Notes under the pieces: model-generated
What the model was told of the DNA's origin: nothing
Databases searched by the model: none
What the model saw: the letters and a program-made list of their open reading frames with translations, nothing else
Part shown: piece by piece, positions 1-13,928 of the stretch
Layout of the letters: every line of letters starts with the position of its first letter
Position numbering within the stretch: the stretch's first letter is position 1
Position numbers and translations under genes: made by a program
Origin: Haplodiscus bocki
Taxonomy: Eukaryota
Reading direction: 5' to 3'
Assembly (NCBI GenBank): GCA_965655095.1
Contig: OZ296659.1
Span: forward strand, 38,936,001 to 39,000,000
DNA: 64,000 bases

Positions 1-811
1 CTTTCTTTTGAGACCTCGATGGAATAAATCAAAACTGTAGTTAGGCATGAAAATTAGATGCCAAATTGAGAAAAATCAATCAAATTGGCACTTATTTGAA
101 TTTACTGAAGAGCTGGAATCTGATGCAGAAGAAAGCGACACATTTTCATTGAAGTGTTTCGCCGTATGTTGGATGCTTTCGATTGTGCCTTTTGTGCAAA
201 AATCAGGGCAGTAGTTATGGACAGGTAAACGGTTTAGAAGACGAGACTTTTCGAAATAAATAGTACTATTTTTGTTCTACCTCTCCAATAGAAATCTTAC
301 GCAAAGACCAAAGCCAATGACCCTTCATTGGAACATTAATGTGCAACAAAAGGCTCTCGATTAAGACGTTGATGAGAGGATTGAATCTCTTTTGTTTTAC
401 TGAGCTGGAACGTCAACAAAAATCAAATCAGAGTGCGCATTTGCTGCTTTTCTTCAAAAGTGGGGATCACAGCCCGATGTGTTTCCGCTAAAATGTTCTC
501 AAAATGAAATTTCCATTCCGGACGACGAAGTAACTAAGATAGCTAAAAAAGGCTACCAAAAAACTGTAAAAAGTTTGTTTTTTCACATTGATAATAATTA
601 TTTTCACCAGATTTAAAATTTGAAAACCTCATAACTCTTTTTGCGCTTTTTTAAGGATGACAATATTTCTTCCACGTCGAAAAACGGATAGTGTTTGAGA
701 ACAAATTAGCCCGCCAATCAAAAACATTAAGTTTTGCAGAAAAAGCTCTGTTTTTATGCTCTCACTTTTTAAGGAATTCCTACAGATAATCTAAAAAACG
801 TAAATAAAAAA

Positions 812-870
812 GACCGACAGCGGGATTTCAACCAACTACCTGCGGGTTACTAACCGCGGGGCCACCTCAC
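812..870 (-). repeat. tRNA-derived SINE head or tRNA pseudogene fragment
   Basis: Minus strand reads GGTGGCCCCGCGGTTAG...GGTTGAAATCCCG (Pol III A-box-like and B-box-like) followed by T-runs; too short for a full cloverleaf. Confidence 0.35.
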
Positions 871-3410
871 ATAGGTAATATGCAAGTCACAAACAATTCC
901 GCAAACGAGTTTGCGCGACTGACGTGAGCTAAAACAGGAAAAGGAAAAAAGCTACAACTAAGGAATTGATAACCCCCGTCCCGATTCTTTTCCTTTGAAA
1001 AAAAGAAAACTTTTAAACTTTGTACCTGATCACCCCTGCTTTTTGATGTTTTGATGTGAAAAAAAATCATCTCAGCTGGAAAATCCTTTTCGGCTATTTG
1101 CTACAGTCAAAACTCGCTAAAAAGTAGTATTGCTCATTCTCATTGATCAATCTCGTTTTCCCTCAAAACTACTGGCTTTTTTTCTTCTATTCACTGTCTC
1201 AATCCATATTGTTGATTTTTAGATGAGCCTTCAACTCTAAAGACTGCATTTTTCTTCCTTTTTTTGGAACCCTGAATGGCTGCGTGCCAACCACTGCCAG
1301 TACAATTGATTTTGCTGATTTCCAAACTCGGTTTAATCTCAAAACAACGCCTTGGTTTTATGCATCAGCCCTCCAAAACCAATTTTTTTCATTGAAGTCA
1401 GGAATTCAACAAAGTGATTACAGCAATGGAAAATTAGGAAGCTGAACATTCAACTTGATACGTTAGTTCAAAAATACGTTAGCTTTGACAAACTTCAAAA
1501 GTTCAAATTGATTTGCAACACAACTACCGGTTTGCTTCTTTCGTCGAGGCCTCTACCGACAGTTTGCTACATTTGACGTAGCATTTAGTTCATAATTTTT
1601 TTGTTCCGATTGTTGCTTTTGAATCTTGATAAGCCGAAGAGCCCAGAGTTGCCATGAACCCTAATTTCTTCCAATAATCGATCTCAACATTCTCCAAAAA
1701 TAACAAATTGATTTCTTCTATCGGTGTCTAAATCCAGAATTTTCAAAGTTCAAAAAGGCGGTCAACACTGAAAACTTGGATTTTATTTTTTAAACTGCAT
1801 TTCTCAAATGCCAAAAATTTTTCGTATTTACTTACCTCAGCATTGGAACAAGGAGTCCTCCAGAACTACTGGCTTGGTTGCTTCCTTAAAAGCGTCAATG
1901 AAGAGAAAATTATTTGCTGAGGAGCACTCAACAACAATATTTTTGTTTTTGCTCGTTTCAATGGAAACCTGACAGTGCGAGAAAGCCTATAGTTGACACC
2001 AACCTTGACTATTCGCGATCTTCAAGTCAAACAATATCCAACACAAATAGTTAATTTCTTCTACCCAGTGTTAAATCATCAGCTTCCAACCTGTAAGAGA
2101 GCATTCGACACCGAAAATTGTTATTTTGTTTCTCGGATCTCAATTCTCAGACACCGAAAAACCCAAACTCCATTAACTTTTTGATCTTGCGTTTCAAAGT
2201 CATCTTTCACCAAAACCTCCAGATTGATTCATTCCATCAAGTCCCCAAATGCTTTTTGTGCTTGCTGGAAGGTATACTGCAACATACGTTTAGTTTTGTT
2301 GAAAGCACCAAATATTTAAGGAGCTGATGAACCCCAAAAATTGGCTTTAGTTTTAATTTTGTTAGTTTTTCATTTAAAAAAGTTGTCAGTTGGACATCTT
2401 CAGAAGGCGGCATTTTACTGGTAAAGTTCGTTGGACAGCATATATAATTTGGTTTTCTTTTCAGTAGCAACTCTGATAGGTTGCAAAAGTCTAACAAGGA
2501 AACAACTAATTGTTTTCTCGAAAATCAAAAGCGTTTCACCTCAAAACTGTCCGCTGCAATGTTCGCATCAGGGATCAGCCCGACAATTCATTTCCGTGGA
2601 AAATCTGTTGGAAGAGTTTTTGGAATCCTTCCATCGGCTTACTGCTAGGCCGGAAAATCCGAAAACAAATGAGCAATTCGCATTTAAGGATTTTGGTTGA
2701 CCTTTTCGTCACCTCGTCGATGGATGAAACTAGGTGTGCCAAAACTTTTCTGCTAGAAGTCTCTCGAAAGGGTCTCTAACTGTCTAAGCAACTGAGCAAG
2801 GATCACTTTCCGTGCCATGATTTTTCTTATAGCAATCAGTAAAACTTTGTCATACTTTTATCCTGCTTCCTAAGCAGTTGTGCCATTGTGCCACTGTTTA
2901 ACTACTGGATCAGTGTGTTCATTTTCCTAAGGAATTTTTGTTGATCGATTGGTACTCTCGGCTTATCTTTTCTCTCAATCTTCCCTCCATTTTTGAAAAA
3001 CAGACACTATCCCCTATTAACTGTCACGTTTCGACCAGTTGCATCATCCTCTAACTGTAGTGTGCGTTACAATCAACGATTGCACCTCAAACGGAGAAGC
3101 ACCCTTTAATTTGCAATAATTTAGCTTGGTTGGAAAATTTGAGGACAAGGTTGTTTTTATGTCACGATTCCCAACTGAATCTGCTGCGATTGAGCGTCAT
3201 TTTTTTTTACTTTTCGTCACCTCTTGACGTACGTTAACGTAGGTATTTCTTACCGTGAGAGATCGCAGAACAATTATTTTTTTCGTCTGAAACTGATGAC
3301 AATGAATTTATTTTTAATAAACTGCCATGTTGAAGTTGAATACGCTTTTTCAATAATCTTTAAACTGGATTATCACCTAGACAGTAAACATTCTCAATAT
3401 TTATAGCTGG

Positions 3411-3771
3411 TTTAACAATCGCTTCTTTTCATTGTTTTACTTTAGTTTTTAATAGCTCTCGAAATGCGCGCGGCGATTGTTGGCAAATTTTAAAGTTGCT
3501 ATTTTTTGGTGTTGTGAGTGGGAAATCTCCCTTGAAAAACAAAGTTGCAAAAAGAAGAAACGGCTTTAATTATTTTGTAAAATGTAAAGCAAAAGACAAC
3601 AAAATTTACAGCAAGAGAGTCACTTAAAGTTGGCTGGTTTCCTGTTGATCATTCAGCTCGTCTACTTTACTACTCATATTACGTAGACGAATTACTCATA
3701 TAACTCAGCTGAAAGTCTTTCAGTTATTGTAACGCAAATGTTTTTTTTTCTTTTTTTGTTTGTTTGTTATG
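3411..3771 (-). repeat. 3' LTR of copy B (~360 bp)
   Basis: Aligns with 13641-13928 joined to 26551-26620. Same TTTAAC...GTTAT termini as the copy A LTR. Possible ATTAAA poly(A) variant on the minus strand at ~3565-3570. Confidence 0.85.
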
Positions 3772-3817
3772 ACGGCCCGGCTCATCTGGATTGTGCGCTT
3801 ACAGAAAAAAAAACGAT

Positions 3818-4790
3818 TTATGAATAGGTGTCATGCGTCCACGATAAATATATGTCACAGTCCATGCAAGTTCTGAGGTTTCGTTGAATACGGCTGACGC
3901 CGTCGGTTTTACAACAATTATGCACCTCTCGTACGTGCGGAGTCTGAGGAATAACTGTTGCCTCGCTAGCCACTGAACCAAGAGATGTAACATAAATAGG
4001 GACGTCGGGATTTTTTTCGGGGTGTATAAGTTTGAAGGTATGGTGCGCATGGAGGTTGATTTGTTCAGAAGTAGCATCGCGGGAGCAAACAAGGATGTCA
4101 TACAGCATGAACTCTGCTGCAAATTCGAGGGTGTTGGGATAAGTAGAACTTTGATGAAGGAGCATTGTTTTATGTACGTTATAAGATTCAGAGCTGATAG
4201 CGGACGCTTTCAAAGAAAAATACGTCTTCCGAGAGTTCCATGGTCCTTGCTAGGAGGGTGACATTTTCTTCATTGAGAACTTGGAGTCGTTGTTGGAGTT
4301 CCCAGATTTTTTCTACTTCGATACGCATTTCAGCCAGGGTTTCTTCAGGGACAGCAAAGGTTTTATTCGAGATGTTCGAGCCTCTTCGAAACCTTGTTGT
4401 AATTTATGAACATTGCAGCACTCACTTTCTAACAAGTCCAAAGCCTCGTCCGAGTCTGAGGTTTCCTCGACGCTCAAATCAATACCATCAGGAAGAACAG
4501 AAGGGTCAAGAGCGGGGATAAAAAGCAATTGGGCGTCGGTTCATCGACATGAACACTCATGTTAGAAGCGAGAGGAGGAGTGACCCAGATCTGGTTGGCG
4601 ATACGTACACAGGCACGGTTGTTGGGTGCATTTATCTTATAAGGGTAACATTCGGACAGGTCGCATTGATACGGAGAACTCGATACTCGTTGGGGTCCAG
4701 GAGTTGAACCAAACACCAGGCGCCAGATCAACCACGCGACCCTTGCCGGTGAAGAAGGGGGCTTTTCCAAAAGAAAACTGCACTGTTGAG
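3818..4790 (-). pseudogene. Copy B 3' accessory ORFs (beta-rich ORF and coiled-coil/J-domain ORF), frameshifted
   Basis: Fragments GRVVDLAPG, KINAPNNRACVRIANQIW, LQQGFEEAR and MLYDIL...LIHPEKNP...NCC...RTCMDC match copy A ORFs 15272-15575 and 14602-15333. Confidence 0.8.
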
Positions 4791-5240
4791 AACATGAAAC
4801 AGAACAAAAGATCATTCCTACCTGTGCACAAAAGGAAAAAAAACGGAAAGAAGGAAACGAAACACAAAAAAGGTGACACAGAAACATGTCTCAAGAGCTC
4901 TGATTTAGAAAACTGAAACAAGAATCTTAGGCGATGGGCGGCAGCGTGCGGAAACGCACATAGAAAGATACTAGCAAAGCTAGATCAAAAACACCAACGG
5001 GGTTGCAAAAGTAGCTCGCAAACGTGTTTAAAGACACCAAAAAAGTTGGTTAAAAAAGCGCACGAGCAATAACTCATATTTTTCGGAAAATTTGCGCGGA
5101 CACGTACGAAAAGAAGACGTCAACTGAAGTTGAGTGAAAGCGTGAGCAAGCTGAAAATGAAAGATGACTTAAGTGACAGTATGTGAAAATTAAATGAATG
5201 CATGAATCAAAAAATTGTGTTTTCAAGTGAAACTCTGCGC

Positions 5241-6922
5241 ATACTGCGGAAAAACGATGTCGGGGTAGGCTCGAAGTGGCAAAGAAGGAGCGCAGGGAGT
5301 AGTATATTTCGATGTTGGCGCGTCCGTTTGAAGCATAGTGTCACGTGCGATAGCGACCAGTGCTCGGAACTCACTTCACGTGAAGTTCAAAAACGAGGTG
5401 TCGACGTTTCCGTAGTCAGCTGGTATTGATTCTACGATGTGTATAAGCCGTCAGGAAGTTCCACGGATAAACTTTTGCGGTTGCCTAAAAAAGTGTTGCC
5501 ACTGTTGGCGAAAGAGATTAAATCTCCGCGAGAATGTAAGTGAAGACATTGTTATGGACAAAGTGGACAAGAGAAAAGCGGTACTAGTGGGTAGGTATGA
5601 TTGCAACAGGGCTGATGAGGCGAGCATATTGCAAGAGTGGTATCCGGCAATCGGTTTTGTGAGCTGATCGAGGGTTGTCTGCAACATGTGTTGAACAAAT
5701 GGAAGCTCAACTATTTCCGTTCTGAGTCTACCCAGAACGGATTGTCGCGTCTCTCCTGCAGAGTATGCATGACATTCTGTTGCACCTATGTCGGGGACGT
5801 GGAAAAAGTCGTTTTGAAGCGATGGGGTGAGTTGAACGCAAACCAAAAAAAACTCCGGCTGTGTTTCACAGAAGTCCATGACCGGATGCAATACAAGATC
5901 TCCTTGTTCAAACGAAATGACACTGTTACAGCTGGGTCGCATCACAAAAGCCGGGCACTGGATGGAAGAAAGGCCATGTGTTTGGTTCTCATTTCTGATT
6001 TGAGATTATGTGAGACAAGCCATCTGCGAGATAGATGGCTCACGGAGCGTCAGGAAGCAGAACTGAAACAATTTGACAGTTGCGGAGGGCTGGGATATCG
6101 TAATTGTAAAAGAGTGAACTCAAACAAATAAGTGTTTCGTCTGTTGTTCTGGAAAAAACGTTTTCGGCAGATTTTCATTTGGTTGTCCCCAGAAAACTGT
6201 AGCAAAGTGTGCGCTCCAATCTCAGCAAACCTCGTGTTATCAATGGATTTTGCGAGAATAGGATTTGTGAATGAGTACATGTAGGCTGTTCTCCCGTCAT
6301 TATTGGCTGATATAACTGTGTTGAATGGTATATATCAAATGTTCAAGAATTTGAATTCATTAGTGTGCCCAAAATAACGGATATGGCACAAGGAATGAAC
6401 GGGACTTCTAAGACATGGTGCTTTTTGTAATATATTGAGTCAAATCCAGGGCGTATTGTCGGTGACAACTTTGTTCCGTGGGTCATTGCCTCCTCCGCTA
6501 ACCTTTTGTAATTTTCTGTATTTTGTTGGGGTAAGAAGAATTGTGGCGTGATTAATCCAGCTAACGACGACACTGTGGAAAAGAGTGATATCCTGTAGGC
6601 GAAAAATGCTGCGCGGTATACTTTTAAATACGTGTATAGTGATCCCATTTGGTACACATGACTCCTGATTGATTGCAAAAGGTGCGTGTGTCGTACAATA
6701 ACATGGTAACAGTCGAGACTAGAGCTACGAATATTGTTGCGTTCACGAGGTAAGACTCCATTTGTTTCAATCGTACGCCTCCTACTTTCTCAATTTGCGA
6801 ACACTTTCTTGTGTTCCTTTAATGTCGTTCTCTAGTACGAGGAAATTCTTATCATTTCTCGTAGTCACCGTTCCAAAGTTTTCACAATTGCATTGAGTGC
6901 GCATGATGTGGTCCACTTCTTG
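5241..6922 (-). pseudogene. Copy B env remnant (C-terminal part only; N-terminus deleted)
   Basis: ORFs 6343-6678, 6050-6280 and 5451-5945 match copy A env, including the TM segment. At ~6922 the sequence jumps directly to the integrase tail. Confidence 0.85.
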
Positions 6923-9900
6923 TCATGATTGACGACATTGACGTGATTGCGATGGTTTATTCTGAGTTATGGGCATACGAGAGTGTCGAAGCAGGCAAGA
7001 GCGGAATTGTGGGTTTCCTATCGGAGGTGTTGCTACCTCAGGTGTAGGACATGGTATTGGGAGGTTGCTACAGGAAGAAGGTGTTGCTGTGGAAGGCAGA
7101 AAGTGTTGAAGTTTTGGCAAAGATGGCCACTCGGTGCAGTGGGTAAAATCGATTTCATTTTGAGGAGTGTGAGAACTAACCGTTCGATTTCGAATAGGTA
7201 CATTAGAGGTTGGAGCTGCAGTGTCAGAAGTTTTCTCTCCGGTTGGGACGTCCGTAGCACTGGGCTTCCTTCGGAACGGTCTCAAACAGTCGTAATACAC
7301 CACAGATTTTTTCGTGTGCTGACTTCTTTGATTTGCTAGTTTACGTCATTCAAACATTTCAGTATGGTGCAAGGACCACGCCCTGGGTTAAAAAAACTTG
7401 GCGTTTCGGCCAAGCGGTACCACTGGCGTATGTAAGAGCACTTCTTGTCCGTCTCTGTAGGTGGGGCCAAGTACCTTGTGATTATATATGGCGTTACACC
7501 GTCGCTGATTGTTGTTAAGATTGTCGCGGACCAACTGAAATGCTGGCTCGATAGGTTGTTTTCACTTATGGACAAATTCATGGACATTAGTTGGACATTC
7601 GGATTCTGGGCTGAGGAACATGAGATCCAAACGTAACGAAGTTTCTTGTCCGTACACCAACAATTGTGGGGTGTATACTGTGGATTCATGTACAGAGGGG
7701 CGATGACCCTCATAACGTAAGGAAGTTGTGACCAATTGCTTCGCTTTGCATTTATGCACTTGGCCAGCATGTTTTGGAAGTTGCGGTTCATACGCTCAAT
7801 GAACGCATTAGATTGAGGGTGGAAGGCTGTACTACGAGACATGTCTATCTCAAGAACAGAGAGTAGGTTCTTGAAGAGTCGACATTCAGAACCCTAATCA
7901 CTGTGTATACTATGTGGACAACCGAAACAGCTAATCCATTGTTCCATCAATGCATTGGTAGTTGTCGATGCTTTCTGGTTCTTTAGTGGTACAGCTTCAT
8001 GCCATTTAGTGAAGTGGTCGCCAATCAACAGGAATAATTTGCGTCCGTTGGATTCCAGTAACGGTTCCATGAAATGAATGCCAATGTGGCGGAATGGATA
8101 GTTAGTTTTCCAATCTACAAGAGCATCGCGATGTATTTTTGGGAGGTAACTTCGTTTCTCACATTCGAGACAACGACTGATCAAAAGTCTCTCATCTTCT
8201 TGGAACCCGGGCCAATAAAATCTCTGCTTGATATTGTCGGTGACTTTTGCCTCACCTAAGTGTCCACCAGTTCAGAAAGAGTGAATGGATTCCCAAAAGT
8301 TCCTCTACCAAAGTCTGAGGGACTATTTGTTGAAGAAAAGAAACGCGACCGTCTGTGGGGTTAAGTTTGCGATAAAGTAATCCGTCTGAAAATCAAACAC
8401 TAATAAAATGATTGTAAAGTTGCCAAGTTAACCGTGGACAACCCTAGAGGTCCTTTTTTCTGAGCGCAAGTGACTGTCGGAACCAATCTTTGACCAACTT
8501 CAATGATTCGTCTGCATCTTGGTTAATTCGGATTTTCTGGTGATCGAGGGGTCTGCATGATCAGTCAGGCTGCTTTTGGATGCGTTTTCTAACTCCGTTG
8601 AGCCCAAAATATACACTGTGAGGCGTAAGTGCGATGTTGCGAATTCCTTTTGTAACATTTTACAGACAAGGCGCCATTCTAGTTGGTCGATACCACAACC
8701 AAGTTTGGGCATACTGATTGCTCTGACATCACTGTCTTCTGAATGACGTCAGAGAGCCGCTAGAGATGTTCGCTAAGAGCATTATTTTAGAATGTGGAGA
8801 AATTGAACTTTGATGATGAGATGGTGGATGTATCTCTAACTTGACTCCAAAAATTGTGGTCAAAGTGATTTTTGGTGCAGAGTGCCATTTTTCGAGTAGC
8901 TTGTTGGATATTTTCCTTGAATGGTACGGGCGTTTCTAGCACTCATCTTGAAGTCCGAGGAGACACAATGAACAAGAGAATCGTTGGAGCTGATTATATC
9001 GCCAAATTTTTCATGGTACTCGAAGGTTCCAACTTCAGTGTTCGGGTTAGCAAGGAAGACGGGTGCAGTGGCTGCAAAGCTTGATGCGGGGTAATGAAAA
9101 GTTCAGTTGATAGCGTGTTCGGGTCAATTCATCGTTGAGCTTTGGGCCATTCTTCTTCTACTTTTGGCTTGCCTTCTGAAAGGTCAGTTACTTTGGGATC
9201 GTGGTGAAAAATCTGAATTTTAGCTTGAGGAATGCGGGACAAGCCATTGGCATGTGCAATTGATTTTCCGGGTTTGTTTCGAACCTCGTAGTTGAAGGCA
9301 TCCAATTTTTCGGGCCACCGTGCGGTTAAGCCATCGGGGTCTTTGACGTTGTACAGCCACTGAAGTGCTCGGTGATCCGTAACGATGGTAAACTTGCGAC
9401 CCAAAAGATAATGTCGAAAATGGCGTGTGAAGTGGACAATTGCCAAAAGCTCCCGCTTGGTTGCAGAATATCTGGTTTGAGCTTTCGAGAAAGCGTTAGA
9501 AGCGTAGTAAATGGCACGTTTTTTGCCATTTTGAACCTGAGCGAGAACAGCGCCCATTGCAGTCAAGCTTGCGTCTGTGTTCAAAATAAAAGGTTCTTTC
9601 ATTGATGGGAAAGCTAAAATGGGAGTCGTTAGGAGGCGTGCTTGAAGAGTTTCGAAGGCTGTCTGAGGTTCCTTCGTTGATTAGAAAAATAAAATTGGAA
9701 ACGTCAGGAGGCCTGCTGGAAAGATTTTGAAGGCTGCCTGTGCCTCAAGTGTCCAGTTGAAGGAAGGACTGTTTAATTTGTGGAGTGATTGAGCAATCTC
9801 GGTAAAGTTTTCAACATAACGGCGGTAGTTTGAGCAAAAAAACAGAAACTAAGTGACGTCTGTTTGACTGGTAGGGATAGGGAACGTTTCCCCTGCAGTG

Positions 9901-11557
9901 ATTCTTTCGAAGTCTAATTGTTGACCATTGGCGCTGAGGACATGTCCCAAAAAGTGGACTTTTGTTTTGAAGAACTCGCATTTCAATGGGTTTATTTTGA
10001 GATCTGCGTCACGAAATCGTTGAAGTACCGCGCCGGGTGTTTCTAAAAGCTCTTCAGGGGATGTGGCGACGATGATACGGTCATCCAAGTAAAAAAGAGT
10101 TGTTTTCCAGGTCGTACCTACTGAAGCAAGTTCCATTGAAATTTGAAAAGTGTTGGGATAACCCGCAAGACCTATAGGCATTCGGAAGCATTTGTAAGAG
10201 CCAAAAGGGTTGCTCAACGCTGTGAACTCTTGACTCATCCATTGATAAGTGATGAAAGCCCCAGAACATATCGGTCGTCGAAAAGAAAGCACTTCCTTCT
10301 AGCGTGTCGAAGATTTCAATGGACGGTATGGACCAACAAGTCTTGATTGTTTGCTGATTCAGCAATTCAGCTGTCTGTAGTCTATTAATAATCTCAACAT
10401 GCTTTTTTCGTTGGGATCAGCATGGCTGGTGCGCTACATGCGTTTTGGCACGGCTTTGAAAGCTCTTTGTCAAGAAACGCTTCGATCTTTCCTCTTAGAT
10501 CTTGCTTCTAGTGTAGAGGCAGTCTTCGCTTCGGTATTTTGCTGGCTTTGAACCTGAGTAAACATCAATCTTGTGACTCTTGGCGCAGCATTTGCTGATG
10601 TCCCGTTGATTTTTCGAAAGAATATCTGCGAATTCTTGCTCAAGTTCAGCAAACCTCTGCCTCCTTTGGATGGGTATCGCCGGACTGATTGCGTCTATGA
10701 CTTACTTGATTTCATAGGACTCATCAACTTCAATTGTTTCCGATTTCGGTGGTGCGGAAATTCTGTGATTCAACGCTTGCTTTGGAAAAAATTCAGAGGT
10801 ACCCAATGTTGTGTTGTCAAACACCGTGATTACTTCATCCTCGGTATTTTCAATTGTGACCGGTATATTTTCTTCTACGAAGTCGAGGAAGACGTTGGGG
10901 ACCACAGCATTTTTCAAAATACTTATTCGTGCCACCGGTTCGAATAGAGCGGGCATTTCTGTCAATGGTCATTCCTATTCTTGTATCTGGGCTGGATAAA
11001 TCACGGCATGTGTAGCAGGCACAGAGACGGTTTCAGTTACTATTACCTGAAAAACTGTGTGTAGTTCATGATTGAGTTTACGGTGATACAATGGTACATG
11101 ATTCTTGGAGCAGGTGATCCAATTGAAGTAGGTCCTCGGAAAACAAAGGGTTGCATTTGTGAATTCTCAGGAATTCGAGTCCTACAAAACAATCTGCTTC
11201 CGAATCGATGAGCACGTGAAATTCGTGCTCGTAATGTATAAGACCGATGGTGATCGGTGGGCGGACTGTTTCTCATGAAGTAATTTGCAGCTTTTTTGCA
11301 GCCATGGGTTTAGTTTCTGTCGGTATATGTTTCAATTTCCCCACTTTCCCACTTTCTGCAACTTATCAAAAACATTAGAGCTCAAACAAGACACTTGTTC
11401 CACTGTCACAGACTGCTTCGACAGTTTTATCAAAAACCGCCAATCTTAGAAATACACTCATGTAATCAACCAAATAATTGAATGTTCGAATTTGTGGGCC
11501 TATCGTGGTGGTCGCGTCTGTGCTGCAATCGGTGGGCGTAGAGTTTTTTAGTTTAAG
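6923..11557 (-). pseudogene. Copy B pol (PR-RT-RNaseH-macrodomain-IN), heavily disrupted
   Basis: Fragments include AVCDSG (PR), YLDD (9849-10292), TDAS/RELLAIV (9129-9602), MPKLGCGIDQLEW (8500-8712), and IGDHFTK/HSD plus TAFHPQSN..ERMNR (7336-8184). Confidence 0.9.
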
Positions 11558-12559
11558 GAACGACTTCTTTTGGACTTGCCGTCACTTCGGAAATAACCCG
11601 GTTCCAGGCAATTGAGATGAGCCATGCAGTCTTTGTTGTCATGCTTGGCTCTTTTGCAAAACTTACATGCGCTCTTGTTAATGCCATATTCGTTTCACTT
11701 CTTGCGCGGGCTATTTTGAGCCTTTGTCCCGATTATTTTAATCAAACCTGCAAAAGTTCGTCTTTCCTCGTTCTTGAGGAGATTGGAAACTAACAGGGCG
11801 AGTGCTATTTCTAGAACCACTGCTCAGTGAACGTGACCACTTGATATTCTTGTTGCTCTTGAAGCCTGGTTGCACTTGGGTACTTTGCAACTGTGAGTTT
11901 TGCAAACTTTGACTCAGCAAGTGGACAATTTTTCCCAAAGTTTTGTTTGATGCACTCTGTGATTCTCGGTTAACACTTTGTGTAATTGTGGAGTTTCCGT
12001 TCTCAATTTATGAAAACGCGTTTAGCTCCATTGCGGCAGTTAAGGCGAGGAACGCTGCCATATCTTGCTTGGGTTGCTGCTTCACAGCTTTAAGACGTGC
12101 TTTCGAAATGTCGTCATTGTTTGTTTAATTCGGTCGGAACGCCTCATTCAGCAAGTCAAAATTTGTCTGTTGTTCAAACGAGAGTCTTGTGTAGAAGTGA
12201 AGGGCGTTTTGCTTCAGGCGGAGGGCGAACAAATGCAGTTGGTTGTCATGAGTGTTGGAGTCCACTCCTGAGAAGAGGGTGGATGTGCTGAACTGTTGCA
12301 AAATATCTTCAAAATCGCTTGTGTCTGTGAATGACTCAGGCATTAGGCACGAGGGGAGTGGTGTGACGTATGGGAAGCATCGTCTTCCTTGTGGACTGCC
12401 TGGCAAGGCAAGGAAATTTGCACCAATGGCGTTTGGAGTTTGGGTTTTCCTTGACCAGCTTGTTCGGTGATTCGTTCCGGGAGATTTACTTAGGTTCTTC
12501 TGTCAATGTTGTTGTCCTTGTTGGTTAGTGAACGTCGTTGGAGGAGGCAAACTTGACGT
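11548..12559 (-). pseudogene. Copy B gag (start codon mutated to ACG, internal deletion, frameshifts)
   Basis: ORFs 12125-12406 and 11738-11938 match copy A gag. Confidence 0.85.
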
Positions 12560-12589
12560 TTTTGCGGCAATTTTTTGTTACAAAAAGCT

Positions 12590-13262
12590 TTAGAATGGGT
12601 TCATCCTTCTTGAGGTGAAGTTTATGGGAGTATACTCAAGAAAACAGAAAGAGGACGAATTTGACACATGTAGGAGAAGAAGTTCAATATGCCAACGCCA
12701 AATATTTGCTAAGTGGGGAAAGAAATGCGCGCACCATGATTTCACACTAGAATTTTGAGTGCTGGGAAAAAAGCGGAGTTGATGTTGTCCAGTCAAATGC
12801 TTCCAATAATGTATTGCTTCCTGTCGAAGATGAACACTCAACTGGTGGGGTGTGAACAAAAAATCTGGTAGTTGCGAGAAAGGAATTTTGAAAATTTTTG
12901 CTTTACGAAAATAAGAATGTGTGTTTCAGGAACGGTATTCGAAAACACGGACACAGGGATGCAAAAAGGGAACAATTTTCGTAGTCTTTATCATTGTTCA
13001 AAAAAGTTTTTTTCATTTTCGGAGGTTGGAACGTTTTAACAAGTATCGTTTACACGGTTTACTTCGTACGCTAGACCGCAAATCGCTAGAATGATCATCA
13101 GCAGCGCGAAATTTTGGATTATTATCAAGAAAGACACAGACAAATCGAAAACAACGGTCTGGAACGGGCTTCATCGTAAGAAGGCGGCGGACCGATCGGT
13201 CGGGTGTTTTGATGCGATAAGACGTACAACGGCAGATGCGAATGAGGGTGAGAACACGGCAT
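12590..13262 (-). pseudogene. Copy B leader ORFs (PPxY membrane protein and Cys/His ORF), disrupted
   Basis: Translates to ...GPPPSYDE... and FALLMIILAICGLAYEVNRVNDTC, then FTPHQLSVHLRQEAIHYWKHLTGQ; both match copy A. Confidence 0.7.
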
Positions 13263-13622
13263 TTACAAAACTTCACGGAAACGCAATGAAAAAACCAAAA
13301 ATATCAGAAAAAGAAATTTCGTTTTGTCTAAGTACTCACGTGTGTGTCCTATTGCTTAGGGGAATGAAGGATACCGGGTCAGCTTCGCCAAGACTCGCAT
13401 AAATGCCGATGAAGTGCCAAGAACACGCCGAAGCGGTAGGAGCACAGCAAAAACTGGAAAACTAAGCACGGACTATGTCCGGAGAGAGATCTTTTCGGCG
13501 TCACTGGAAAACCAGGAACAGGCAGAAAGAAGACTTTTCAAGGGGGAATGGGTCTGGGCCGGACAACTATTTGGGGAACTAGGTGAATTTCACAATTTTA
13601 GAGAAAATTTTTCAACAGAGAT

Positions 13623-13640
13623 ATCCCTCTCCTGTCACCT
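13623..13640 (-). promoter_or_regulatory. Primer-binding site, tRNA-Leu-like (left copy)
   Basis: Plus strand ATCCCTCTCCTGTCACCT matches 15/18 the vertebrate tRNA-Leu(CAG) 3' end ATCCCACTCCTGACACCA (recalled sequence) and abuts the LTR. Confidence 0.7.
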
Positions 13641-13928
13641 TTACAACAATCGCCTATTTTCTTTGTTTTAATTTCGTTTTTAATGGGTCTTGAAACGAGC
13701 GGGGCAATTGTTGGGAAATTCAAAGTTGCTATTTCTTGGTGCTGTGAATGGGAAATCTCCAGTGAAAAACAAATTTGCAGAAAAGGAAACAGCTTTACTT
13801 ATTTTGTAAAGTGTTAAGCGAAACACAACAAAATTGACAGTAACAGAGTCACTTACAGTTGGGTGGTTTCTTGTTGATCATTCAGCTCTTCTATTTTTAC
13901 TACTCATATTACGTAGACGCATTACTCA
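13641..13928 (-). repeat. 5' LTR of copy B, left part (continues at 26547-26620)
   Basis: Homologous to 3411-3698; broken at CTCA by the copy A insertion. Confidence 0.85.

Noticed and set aside
1-3400. Short ORFs left of the provirus
   Set aside because: No recognisable motifs or consistent exon structure; probably decayed repeat DNA.
13370-13389. GGATACCGGGTCAGCTTCGCCA as an alternative PBS
   Set aside because: It ends in CCA but is ~250 bp from the LTR edge; the tRNA-Leu-like site abuts the LTR.
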